DNA from: Butyrivibrio sp. | Lineage (GTDB): Bacteria; Bacillota; Clostridia; Lachnospirales; Lachnospiraceae | Length of the DNA: 64,000 bases | Assembly: GCA_024694565.1 (NCBI GenBank) | Contig: JAILJR010000225.1 | Location: forward strand, 24,754-88,753 | Direction of reading: 5' to 3' | Shown: one piece after another, positions 19,996 through 28,822 of the stretch | Layout of the letters: each line of letters begins with the position of its first letter | How positions within the stretch are numbered: the stretch's first letter is position 1 | The notes under the pieces: model-generated | The model's database searches: none | Told to the model about the DNA's origin: nothing | The model's input: only the letters and a program-made list of their open reading frames with translations | Position numbers and translations under genes: made by a program

Positions 19996-20924
19996 ATCTC
20001 CTCTTTGACAATGTACATTGGTCGCCTCTTGACCTCCAGGTAGGTCTTGGACAGATACTGCCCCACTATTCCTATGCAGAAAAGCTGCACCCCGGCTACA
20101 AGCAGTATGATACAAACAAGTGACGGCCATCCGCCCGTGGGATCACCGTACAGAGTCTTTCTGACGATAGTAAAAATGATTCCAAGAAATGCCGCAAGAC
20201 AAAAGAAAAGTCCCATTATGGAGGCTATTGCCATAGGTGCCTCGGAAAACGCCACAATTCCGTCAAGCGCATATATCATCAGCTTCCAGAACGACCACTT
20301 TGTCTCGCCCTTCATTCTCTCAACATTTTCAAACTCTATCCACTTGGTGTCAAAGCCCACCCATCCGAAAATACCTTTTGAAAACCTGTTGTACTCCTTA
20401 ACAGAGAGTACCGCGTCAACAAACTGCCTTGTCATCATGCGGTAATCCCTGGCTCCGTCAACAATTTCCGCACTTGATATCCTGTTGATGAGCTTGTAAA
20501 AACATCTTGCAAAAAAAGATCTTATGGGCGGCTCACCCTTTCTGTCCACTCTCCTCGTGGCTGCACTGTCATATCCTTCGACAGTGATCGCTTCATAAAG
20601 CTTTGGCAAAAGAGCAGGCGGATCCTGAAGGTCGCAGTCCATTATGACTACATAGTCTCCCTTTGCGCTGCTAAGCCCGGCATAGATAGCTGCCTCTTTT
20701 CCAAAGTTTCTGGAAAAACTGATGAGGTGTACTCTCTGATCCGTCGCAGCAAGCTCCTTCACCCTCAGTACCGTCTCATCCTTAGATCCGTCATTTATAA
20801 AATAAACCTCTATCTCAACATCCCTGTCCTTAAAATACTGCCCGTTCTTCATGAGCTCGGTATAAAAATCAGAAATATTCTCCTGCTCATTATAACATGG
20901 CACAATCACAGAAAGCTTTTTCAT
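19992..20924 (-). CDS. GtrB/YkoT-like undecaprenyl-phosphate glycosyltransferase (GT2 with two C-terminal TMs)
   Basis: Motifs LSVIVPCYNEQ, NDGSKD, FSRNFGKEAA, MDCDLQDPP, GETKW and EVKRRPMY. Confidence 0.9.
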   Translation of the reverse strand: MKKLSVIVPCYNEQENISDFYTELMKNGQYFKDRDVEIEVYFINDGSKDETVLRVKELAATDQRVHLISFSRNFGKEAAIYAGLSSAKGDYVVIMDCDLQDPPALLPKLYEAITVEGYDSAATRRVDRKGEPPIRSFFARCFYKLINRISSAEIVDGARDYRMMTRQFVDAVLSVKEYNRFSKGIFGWVGFDTKWIEFENVERMKGETKWSFWKLMIYALDGIVAFSEAPMAIASIMGLFFCLAAFLGIIFTIVRKTLYGDPTGGWPSLVCIILLVAGVQLFCIGIVGQYLSKTYLEVKRRPMYIVKEEI

Positions 20925-20989
20925 GTAAACAAATCCCCTAACCGCGGTATTCTTTGCTGCAACCTCAAAAATACGCATTTCTACTCAAT

Positions 20990-21018
20990 ATTTTACACTT
21001 AAAGGCACTTTCTTTCAA
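20990..21018 (-). promoter_or_regulatory. SigA-type promoter of the leftward glycosyltransferase operon
   Basis: Minus strand TTGAAA-17 nt-TAAAAT, with TG immediately before the -10. Confidence 0.65.
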
Positions 21019-21071
21019 CGTCGCAAAATTTCCCGGGCAACTAAGCTGCCGGTCAGTGCGGTGGGCTGATA

Positions 21072-21137
21072 TTACATTCAAGATTTCTGACATTTGCCGG
21101 CCAGCCTGTTCCGGCTGGCTGGAAACTTAATTGTAAC
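21072..21137 (+). repeat. Internally deleted, degenerate copy of the repeat family (ends of copy A type)
   Basis: Right end GGCTGGAAACTTAATTGTAAC matches the copy A right end GGCTGACAACTGAATTGTAAC at 18/21 nt. Left end TTACATTCAAG pairs imperfectly with it. Confidence 0.45.
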
Positions 21138-21242
21138 CGGAAAAAAGTCAAAGGAACTGACGTCCTGACTGGTGGATTAATATTTGAATATATAGTAAAG
21201 TATGAGGGAACAAATATGCAAATTTTGTAAGGAGAATTCTTC

Positions 21243-22334
21243 ATGAATAAAAAAGCACTTATAACCGGTATCACCGGGCAGGATGGTTCTTACCTGGCTG
21301 AGTTCCTTTTGGAAAAGGGGTATGACGTTCATGGTATTATCAGAAGATCCTCTGTGGATTACAGGGAGAGGATTGCTCACCTTGAAGGGCAGCCACATTT
21401 CCACCTGCACTATGGAGATATGGGCGATTCAATGAGTATACTGGGCGTCGTATCAAAGGTAAGGCCTGATGAGATCTACAATCTGGCTGCACAGTCCCAT
21501 GTCCAGGTATCCTTTGACTCCCCGGAATTCACGGCTGATGTTGACGCGACGGGAGTCCTTAGAGTTCTTGAAGCTGTAAGGCTCACAGGACTTGCAGATA
21601 CATGCCGCATCTATCAGGCATCCACCTCTGAGCTCTATGGAAAGGTAGAGGAAGTGCCTCAGAATGAAAAGACACCATTCCACCCCTACAGTCCCTATGC
21701 AGTCGCCAAGCTCTACGGATTCTGGATTGTCAAGGAATACAGGGAAGCCTACAACATGTTCTGCTGCTCGGGTATTCTTTTCAACCACGAGTCAGAAAGA
21801 AGAGGCGAGACCTTTGTGACCAGAAAGATCACTCTTGCGGCATCGAGAATTGCCCAGGGCAAGCAGGACAAGCTTTATCTCGGGAACCTGAGCAGTCTTC
21901 GCGACTGGGGCTACGCCAAGGATTATGTAGAGTGCATGTGGCTCATACTCCAGAATGACAAGCCCGATGATTTTGTAATTGCAACCGGCGTTCAGCACTC
22001 CGTAAGGGAATTTGCCCAGCTGGCATTCCACTACGCCGGAATAGAGCTTGAATTTAAGGGAGAGGGAGCAGAGGAAGTAGGAATAGACAAGGCCACAGGA
22101 AGAGTCCTCATAGAGGTTTCCCCTGATTTCTACAGACCTACTGATGTTGTCAATCTCTGGGGCGATCCCACAAAGGCAAAAGAACAGCTCCACTGGAATC
22201 CTCAGTCAACCTCTTTTGAAGATCTTGTAAGGATAATGGTTGAGCACGACATGGCCAAGGTTGCCGTTGAAAGGGCAAATGAGCATGTTAAGTTTAATCT
22301 TGAGGAGTTCCTTGAAAAAGGTATCGATAAATAA
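21243..22334 (+). CDS. gmd: GDP-mannose 4,6-dehydratase
   Basis: Motifs [48 protein letters not shown] and RDWG. Confidence 0.96.
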   Translation: MNKKALITGITGQDGSYLAEFLLEKGYDVHGIIRRSSVDYRERIAHLEGQPHFHLHYGDMGDSMSILGVVSKVRPDEIYNLAAQSHVQVSFDSPEFTADVDATGVLRVLEAVRLTGLADTCRIYQASTSELYGKVEEVPQNEKTPFHPYSPYAVAKLYGFWIVKEYREAYNMFCCSGILFNHESERRGETFVTRKITLAASRIAQGKQDKLYLGNLSSLRDWGYAKDYVECMWLILQNDKPDDFVIATGVQHSVREFAQLAFHYAGIELEFKGEGAEEVGIDKATGRVLIEVSPDFYRPTDVVNLWGDPTKAKEQLHWNPQSTSFEDLVRIMVEHDMAKVAVERANEHVKFNLEEFLEKGIDK

Positions 22335-22382
22335 AATACCCGCAGGGAACATGTCAATTATCAGGATAAGAAGGAAACTGTT

Positions 22383-23324
22383 ATGGAAAAGAATGCGAAA
22401 ATATATGTGGCAGGCCACCGCGGTATGGTTGGTTCTGCAATAGTCAGAGAGCTTAAGAAGAACGGATACAACAACATTATCACAAGAACCCACAAGGAGC
22501 TTGACCTTATAAGGCAGGATCAGGTTGAAAACTTCTTTGCAGAACAAAAGCCTGAATATGTCTTTCTCGCAGCTGCAAAGGTCGGAGGCATAATGGGTAA
22601 TTCACAGGCTCTTGCCGACTTCATGTACGAGAACATGACACTTGAGATGAATGTTATCAATTCTGCCTGGAAAAACGGCTGCAAAAAGCTTGAGTTTCTT
22701 GGTTCATCATGCATATATCCGAGGATGGCTCCGCAGCCTATGAAAGAGAACTGCCTGCTCACCTCTGAGCTCGAAAAGACCAACGAAGCCTATGCACTTG
22801 CCAAGATATCAGGATTAAAGTACTGCGAATACCTAAACCGCCAGTACGGAACCGACTATATCTCAGTCATGCCAACTAACCTATACGGTCCCAACGACAA
22901 CTACCACCCGACTCACTCCCATGTTCTTCCTGCCCTCATCCGAAGGTTCCATGAAGCCAAGGAGGCAAATCTTCCCTACGTTACCTGTTGGGGAGACGGA
23001 AGTCCACTGCGCGAATTCCTCTATGTTGATGACCTTGCAAACCTCTGTGTCTTCCTGATGAACAACTATAGCGGAAACGAGACAGTAAATGCGGGAACAG
23101 GAAAAGAGATCACCATCAAGGATCTCACTGCCAAGGTTGCGAAGATCATCGGCTACACCGGAGAGATCAGATGGGATCCCAACAAGCCCAACGGTACTCC
23201 CCGAAAGCTCCTCGACGTCTCAAAAGCGAAGTCTCTCGGATGGACCTACTCCACAGAGCTTGACGACGGAATCCGCCTCGCATACAAGGACTTTTTGAGT
23301 AATCCTATGAGAGCCGAACGATAG
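22383..23324 (+). CDS. fcl: GDP-L-fucose synthase
   Basis: Motifs IYVAGHRGMVGSA, LAAAKVGGI, LGSSCIYP, YALAK, PTNLYGP and REFLYVDD. Confidence 0.95.
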   Translation: MEKNAKIYVAGHRGMVGSAIVRELKKNGYNNIITRTHKELDLIRQDQVENFFAEQKPEYVFLAAAKVGGIMGNSQALADFMYENMTLEMNVINSAWKNGCKKLEFLGSSCIYPRMAPQPMKENCLLTSELEKTNEAYALAKISGLKYCEYLNRQYGTDYISVMPTNLYGPNDNYHPTHSHVLPALIRRFHEAKEANLPYVTCWGDGSPLREFLYVDDLANLCVFLMNNYSGNETVNAGTGKEITIKDLTAKVAKIIGYTGEIRWDPNKPNGTPRKLLDVSKAKSLGWTYSTELDDGIRLAYKDFLSNPMRAER

Positions 23325-23352
23325 AGTTGAATTGAATCGAATTATTAAATCC

Positions 23353-23501
23353 GGCCAGACATAATGCACAAGTGCCTCGGGGACGCTTTCGCTCCTTTCG
23401 CTTCGTAGCGGTACTAAGGTACCAAAGTACGGTGCCTTAGTACCGCTACGAAGCACAACTGAGCGAGAGCGTCCCCGAAGCGCTTGTACACATACACGGC
23501 C
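23353..23501 (+). repeat. Nested palindromic repeat element (copy C), between convergent genes
   Basis: 24-bp inner stem GCTTCGTAGCGGTACTAAGGTACC-AAAGTAC-GGTGCCTTAGTACCGCTACGAAGC, plus an outer stem of about 30 bp. 36 nt (23383-23418) are identical to copy B 15904-15939. Confidence 0.88.
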
Positions 23502-23529
23502 AAAGCCCTCCTGAGACTTTTGCCCCGTA

Positions 23530-25341
23530 TCATTCACTATCTACCATCCTGAATCCATCAGTTATTTTTTCTCCGATGAGCTCAACCTCGCCGACCAGAT
23601 CGTGGGTAGCTGCAGGAAACGGATAGTAGCCAATGCGGTCTCCTTCATCCGGGTAGTAGATTATTACATCCTTACCAAGGCTAAAACCGCTGTAAGCGTA
23701 CTCCCCGTAGTCCTGCTGGCCAACAAGGTACTGCGGATTAAACTTGTGGACGTCTTCCAGCACAAGGATTGCACATTTATAGAAGCACCAGATACAGATG
23801 ATTGCCATCACTGCCTTTATTACCGCTCTTTTTGCCTTCTCCGAAATACGGTTATAGATCACTATGAAGAGTCTTCCGATAATTACCGCAGGAGTCAGAA
23901 AGACATAGACCACTCCGTATCTTATGAGAGGAGCACTGAAAAACCAGAATAGAAGACACCCGATAAGGGTTGCTCCTATAGTCAGAAAATCTGCATGTCC
24001 AAGCATACTTCGCCTGCTTAAGTCAAATATCTTTGACTCACCATGGCTATGAAGCTTCCCGTACTTCTTCCCCGTCATTACATAAATAAAATACCCGAGG
24101 TATGCCAGATAAATAAACACTGAGACAATGCACAATATGAGCATGATCCTGTTAAGGCCTGTGATGCTGCCGAACCAGTTCGGCACCCACTCTGAAAAAC
24201 TCACATGACCATAGGCTGCAACATCGTTGTAGCCTCTTCCAAATGTCCTGATTTCCAGTGCATCATATTCCGCAAGACCTTTTGGTATCTTCCAAGGGGT
24301 ATAGAAAAAATCAAGAAATGTCACCGGATATAGTATCCATCCTGCTATTATCACATTTCTTGCAAGAAACGGAACTGCTATCACAAACGCCAAAAGGACC
24401 GATATCCAGAAGGCTTTTGTCTTTTCTTTTGTCTTGCGGTGCAATAGCTTGAAAATGGGAATTGCTGAAAGAAGGATCATCGGCGATGCCGAAAGCTTTA
24501 TAGTGATCGCATAAATTCCCAGAAGTGACAATAAAATGTATGGCAAATAGCTTCTCTCATGCCTCACGTACAGATCGAGCCAGCTGATTATTGTGTAAAA
24601 CACAATGCACGACAAAAAGTAATCGGATGCAGGTGCCATCATCTCATCATAGATATTAAAGAGGTAATACATCGCCGTGACTCTGGCAAAATCTGATATT
24701 ACCAGATGTCCCCGCCTGAATACATCAATTATTTCCACACATTTGAAAGACAGAATAAGCGCAAAAAAACCTGACATCACATGATAAGACTGCCCTCCCA
24801 AAAAGCGGAAGCTGTACAGCGCAGTCAGCGGAAATGCTGCACTGTTGTACGCCAGTCTCACATGAAGATTGCCAAGTCCCTTCACTATTCCATATTGCTC
24901 AATCCACTCAATAGCCTGGGCATGGTAGAGATCAGAATCATAGTGCATGATCCCGTGTGATGTCCCATAAGCCATCAGCAAAAAAACAGCAAGGTATACA
25001 TACCTTCTTCTGCTGTTTCTCAAGGCTCTTGCCATGTGAAATACATTTTCATATATATCATATCTGAAGTACAAAAAAATAACTGCGCATGCCAAAACCA
25101 GTATCAGGTTGGCAGCAAAACCCACGCCGCCAAACAGACTGAAAATCTGTGCATACACAGTTACAATAACTACGCCGGCAGTCACAAAGCTGAGATTTGA
25201 CCTGAAGTCGTACTTCTTCTCACGGCCATTTTCTCTTTTTCTGCGCATAACCGGCCAGTCCACCAGGGACACAAGAAGTCCGTATCCGGTCAGATATGTC
25301 GTAATAATCACATATATCCAAATCAGTACAACTGTAAGCAT
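23530..25341 (-). CDS. Polytopic membrane protein (LIC_10190-like, probable GT-C fold)
   Basis: 603 aa, >12 TMs. Motifs YDSDLYHAQAIEW, GLGNLHVRLAYNS, IKLS and SAPLIRYG. Confidence 0.6.
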   Translation of the reverse strand: MLTVVLIWIYVIITTYLTGYGLLVSLVDWPVMRRKRENGREKKYDFRSNLSFVTAGVVIVTVYAQIFSLFGGVGFAANLILVLACAVIFLYFRYDIYENVFHMARALRNSRRRYVYLAVFLLMAYGTSHGIMHYDSDLYHAQAIEWIEQYGIVKGLGNLHVRLAYNSAAFPLTALYSFRFLGGQSYHVMSGFFALILSFKCVEIIDVFRRGHLVISDFARVTAMYYLFNIYDEMMAPASDYFLSCIVFYTIISWLDLYVRHERSYLPYILLSLLGIYAITIKLSASPMILLSAIPIFKLLHRKTKEKTKAFWISVLLAFVIAVPFLARNVIIAGWILYPVTFLDFFYTPWKIPKGLAEYDALEIRTFGRGYNDVAAYGHVSFSEWVPNWFGSITGLNRIMLILCIVSVFIYLAYLGYFIYVMTGKKYGKLHSHGESKIFDLSRRSMLGHADFLTIGATLIGCLLFWFFSAPLIRYGVVYVFLTPAVIIGRLFIVIYNRISEKAKRAVIKAVMAIICIWCFYKCAILVLEDVHKFNPQYLVGQQDYGEYAYSGFSLGKDVIIYYPDEGDRIGYYPFPAATHDLVGEVELIGEKITDGFRMVDSE

Positions 25342-25454
25342 ATCTTAATCCGCTCCCCGGGCAGGCCGTTACCGTTTATCTGTTATTGTAGTAACTATTA
25401 AGAGTCAGGACTCACAAACGCAGACGTTCCCGAGTTGTCGGATCTCCGCCAAAT

Positions 25455-25515
25455 GGAAATATTTGAAAATGCATCTGCCCAATCCAGCCCGGCATATGCA
25501 TTTTCAAATATTTCC
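25455..25515. repeat. AT-rich 25-bp inverted repeat
   Basis: GGAAATATTTGAAAATGCATCTGCC-N11-GGCATATGCATTTTCAAATATTTCC, 1 mismatch. Confidence 0.75.
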
Positions 25516-25557
25516 GCCTTGCTCAGAATAGTTGTTTATTTTCAAATGAAAAGAAGT

Positions 25558-25595
25558 CCGGCAAAAGTTCACCCTGCCGGCTCCGCCTGTGCCAT
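25558..25595 (+). repeat. Degenerate left-arm fragment of the repeat family
   Basis: CCGGCAAAAGTTCACCCTGCCGGCTCCGCCTGTGC aligns to copy B CCGGCAAAAGCTCACCGGTCCGGCTACGGCTGTGC. Confidence 0.55.
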
Positions 25596-25645
25596 CCTTC
25601 GCCGAACCTTTGATAAAGTTCAAAACGCTACGCAGACAGCCCTGA

Positions 25646-26101
25646 TCATAAGCTGAACAGGCAGCCTACAGCCACGCCAAGTAGCGCTCCAAAGAACACC
25701 TGAGCCGGTGAGTGTCCCACAAACTCCTTAAGCTTTTCCTCGGCAGAAACATCACTGCCAAGATCCGCAAACCACTCCATCATATTGTTGATGGCCTTGG
25801 CCTGCTTACCTGTCTCGCGCCTTACACCCATTGCATCATGCATAACTATGAGCGCGAGTATGGCTGAGATTGCAAACTGAAATGATCCCACGCCAAACTC
25901 AAAGGCAGTTGAAGTGACAAGTGCCATAACAGTCGCAGAATGCGAGCTCGGCATACCGCCATCTCCAAGAAGTCTTTCAGGATTAAAATTCTTGTTAACA
26001 ACTATATATATTATCGTCTTTAGAACCTGTGCCACCAGCCAGCCGCAGCATGATGCTAGCAGGATTTTGTTACTGAGCAGCTCCGAAACAACTTCCATCA
26101 A
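25646..26101 (-). CDS. Divergent PAP2 family protein (DUF212/YuiD-like)
   Basis: Motifs AQVLK, GGMPSSHSA, MHDAMGVRRETG and LKEFVGHSP. Confidence 0.88.
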   Translation of the reverse strand: MMEVVSELLSNKILLASCCGWLVAQVLKTIIYIVVNKNFNPERLLGDGGMPSSHSATVMALVTSTAFEFGVGSFQFAISAILALIVMHDAMGVRRETGKQAKAINNMMEWFADLGSDVSAEEKLKEFVGHSPAQVFFGALLGVAVGCLFSL

Positions 26102-26970
26102 AGCATCTCCTTCAAATAATCCGAAATAGCATCGTGCCAGTCAGCAAACATAAAATCTGTAGTAAGCTTCAGCATGTAATTCTCCAGGATGCTGTACGCC
26201 GGTCTGTGCGCTGCCTGCGGGTTCTTTGCAGCATATTCAGCCGAAGTAACATGGTTGACTTTTGTTTTCCTGCCTGCGATTCTGAATATCTCCTCAGTGA
26301 AATCAGCCCAGTTTGTGTCACCCTCACATGTTCCATGGAAAAGTCCGTAATTCTCTGTCCCCATTAGATAGTGAATTGCCTTTGCCAGTTCTTTGGCACT
26401 TGTTGGTGTTCCAAGCTGGTCGCACACTACGCTTACCTCATCATGGCTCTCAGACAGGGACAGCATCGTCTTTACAAAGTTCTTGCCATCGCCATATAGC
26501 CACGCAGTACGTATTATAAAGAATTTGTCGGCAAACTGTCTGACCATCTCTTCGCCTGCAAGCTTGGTCCTTCCGTAGACGCTGACAGGACCGGTCTTAT
26601 CAAACTCAATATAAGGTCTTTTGCCATCTCCATCAAACACATAGTCTGTTGATACGTGTACCAGCCTGGCACCTGTCTCGGCCGCTGCTATTGCCAGATT
26701 CCTCGGCCCTATTGCATTGATCTTATATGAGAGGTCAATATCGGACTCCTGCTTATCAACTGCAGTATAGGCGGCACAGTTAATGATCGCCGACGCCCTG
26801 GTCTGTCTTGCCAGCTCAAGAACCGCATCAACGTTTGTAATGTCGAGAGATACTATGCCCTCTCCCTCAAACACATCCGTATTGATGATCTCATACTTAT
26901 CACCCTTTAACTCTTTGTTGATTGCCCTTCCAAGCTGTCCGTTGCATCCTGTAACTATGATTTTTTCCAT
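26098..26970 (-). CDS. rfbD: dTDP-4-dehydrorhamnose reductase
   Basis: Motifs IVTGCNGQLG, NCAAYTAVD, VSTDYVFDG, YGRTKLAGE and DQLGTPT. Start refined to MEKII at 26970. Confidence 0.93.
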   Translation of the reverse strand: MEKIIVTGCNGQLGRAINKELKGDKYEIINTDVFEGEGIVSLDITNVDAVLELARQTRASAIINCAAYTAVDKQESDIDLSYKINAIGPRNLAIAAAETGARLVHVSTDYVFDGDGKRPYIEFDKTGPVSVYGRTKLAGEEMVRQFADKFFIIRTAWLYGDGKNFVKTMLSLSESHDEVSVVCDQLGTPTSAKELAKAIHYLMGTENYGLFHGTCEGDTNWADFTEEIFRIAGRKTKVNHVTSAEYAAKNPQAAHRPAYSILENYMLKLTTDFMFADWHDAISDYLKEML

Positions 26971-26984
26971 GGTCTTTTTTCCCT

Positions 26985-27022
26985 TCAAAACAACATACGG
27001 ACGGCAAGTAAATGCCGTCCGC
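26985..27022 (-). terminator. Intrinsic terminator-like hairpin downstream of the DUF3048 gene
   Basis: Minus strand CGGACGGCA-TTTACT-TGCCGTCCG followed by TATGTTGTTTT. Confidence 0.55.
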
Positions 27023-27037
27023 CAATCACTAGTGTGA

Positions 27038-27180
27038 GTCTTAATCATTCTTTAACTTATTTGTGCCAGATTGTCGTCATATGCAAGACGGAAGAAGAAG
27101 TCGATGCGGGCATCAACGACTGATGACAACGCGGCATATGGCTGCATGATGGTGCAAATAAGTAAAGAAATGATTGAGAC
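27038..27180. repeat. ERIC/IRU-like palindromic miniature element
   Basis: About 31-bp imperfect terminal inverted repeats (GTCTTAATCATTCTTTAACTTATTTGTGCCA / TGGTGCAAATAAGTAAAGAAATGATTGAGAC). Internal CATATGCAAGACGG...CAACGCGGCATATG. Confidence 0.65.
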
Positions 27181-27202
27181 GGTACACAAGTCCATATCTG
27201 TA

Positions 27203-28393
27203 TCAGTCAGCGTATGATTTGCCATTTACCTCAAATGTTGAGAACGATCCGCCCTTTTCCTGAATTACAAATATCATGGTTCTTCCGGTGTTGAATACTA
27301 CCTCTTCACCGTTTTCATCGAAATACTTTGTAGGTGAATAATCTGCTGTCTTCTGCCACTTAACAGGAATCATTTTTCCCTTTGTTATGAAATAACCTGT
27401 TTTAGTCGAATCATGCATCTGATAAGCAAGGTATCCGTTGTCATCACGAACCTCGTGATAGGTTCTCTGGATAACAACATTTGCAAATGTCAGCTGCTCG
27501 CCTGTCACAGCATCCTTCTGTGCGTTGCCATAGAGTGTCTTGAGATAAACACCCTTGTCAGCATCATACTTGAGCGCTGACTTTGTAACAGGGAAGCATC
27601 CTGCCATATTGATCTCTGTAGCATCAACTGCTGAAGAATAGCTCTCAAGTGTGTTGGGGTTTGACTTTGATGTAAACTTAAAGTGAGGGTTTCCATCAAA
27701 CTTATCTCTGTGCTCTCTGGAGAACTTAGCCTTCTCAAATGCTGCTGCAACCTTCTCACCGTTCGTGAAAGCAGTGTGCTCTGACTTGCTTCCTTCCGGA
27801 ACTCTGTAGAATGCACCGTAATCAGGTCCCATTACACCGCCTACTCCATTGATATTGTCTACATCATCACGGGTGAGGATTGTCTTAACATAGAGCTCAG
27901 GTCCGCCGTAGTGTACGATTACTGGGTCATACTCAAGAGCTGCATAAATAAAGTAGTCACGGATACTACGAAGGTTTCCGATCTGTCCAAGTCCTTCCCA
28001 GTCCTCAAGGATACCCATCTGACGGCTCATGCTGCCCTCTTCCATGATCTCATAGAATACTGCCACTTTATTGAGACCGTACTGAGGCTGCGCTTCTTTA
28101 TTTATAGGATACATAACTGCAAGAGGTCTCTCCTTATTGACAGCCTCATCAACCCACTCGTTTGTGAAATAGCTTCTTACCATTCCCTCTCTGGGCGGCA
28201 CTTCATCGTCAACAACCTCCGTCTCCTCAGCAACCGATGTCTCCTCGGTAGCAACAGGAGTAACCTCCTGAACCTGATCGATCTTTTCCATGCTCAACCC
28301 AACAACAGCCTCGTCACCGGACTTCCCACAGCCAAAAAGCATGGTCACTGTAAGTCCTGCAAGTAATACAGCTTTTAATCTCTTCATTTTCAT
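27203..28393 (-). CDS. DUF3048 (YerB-like) lipoprotein
   Basis: Lipobox LFGC, then RPLAVM, PQYGL, YEIMEEG..SR, RSIRDY and HYGG motifs. Confidence 0.8.
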   Translation of the reverse strand: MKMKRLKAVLLAGLTVTMLFGCGKSGDEAVVGLSMEKIDQVQEVTPVATEETSVAEETEVVDDEVPPREGMVRSYFTNEWVDEAVNKERPLAVMYPINKEAQPQYGLNKVAVFYEIMEEGSMSRQMGILEDWEGLGQIGNLRSIRDYFIYAALEYDPVIVHYGGPELYVKTILTRDDVDNINGVGGVMGPDYGAFYRVPEGSKSEHTAFTNGEKVAAAFEKAKFSREHRDKFDGNPHFKFTSKSNPNTLESYSSAVDATEINMAGCFPVTKSALKYDADKGVYLKTLYGNAQKDAVTGEQLTFANVVIQRTYHEVRDDNGYLAYQMHDSTKTGYFITKGKMIPVKWQKTADYSPTKYFDENGEEVVFNTGRTMIFVIQEKGGSFSTFEVNGKSYAD

Positions 28394-28538
28394 ACCGTCC
28401 TTCCTGATTCATTTATACTTGCGGCAAGATTCATCAATAACTAAAAACTCTTCCCGCAGTATATGCAGCTTCCTAAAACCACACAAAATATCTATAAAGT
28501 CTAACATGTATAACTAAATTATTCTAACACAAGTATCC

Positions 28539-28808
28539 TTATTCGCCAAGACCCGTTTCAATAGCCTCGACCAGAGCGCTCATGGCATCCTCCTCGTCCG
28601 GGCCTTCACACTTGAACTCAAGCTCATCCCCACATTTTATGCAGGCACCGAGAACACTTAAAACGCTCTTTGCATTAGCCGTATTATCACCATAGCTGAA
28701 TGTAATATGAGACTTATAGTTCATGGCCACCTTACACAGATTGCCGGCAGGGCGAAGATGAAGCCCGGTAGGGTTTGTTATGATCACCTTTCTTGTCAAC
28801 ATATGCAT
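28539..28808 (-). CDS. HPr-family phosphocarrier protein
   Basis: GLHLRPA (His15 site) and NAKSVLSVL (Ser46 site). Confidence 0.9.
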   Translation of the reverse strand: MHMLTRKVIITNPTGLHLRPAGNLCKVAMNYKSHITFSYGDNTANAKSVLSVLGACIKCGDELEFKCEGPDEEDAMSALVEAIETGLGE

Positions 28809-28822
28809 AGCCTCCGTTAATT

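Noticed and set aside
9250-23501. Repeat family as a CRISPR array or integron attC sites
   Set aside because: The copies are kilobases apart with no repeat-spacer periodicity and no cas genes. The ends read GTT...AAC, the reverse of the attC RYYYAAC...GTTRRRY arrangement, and no integrase is present.
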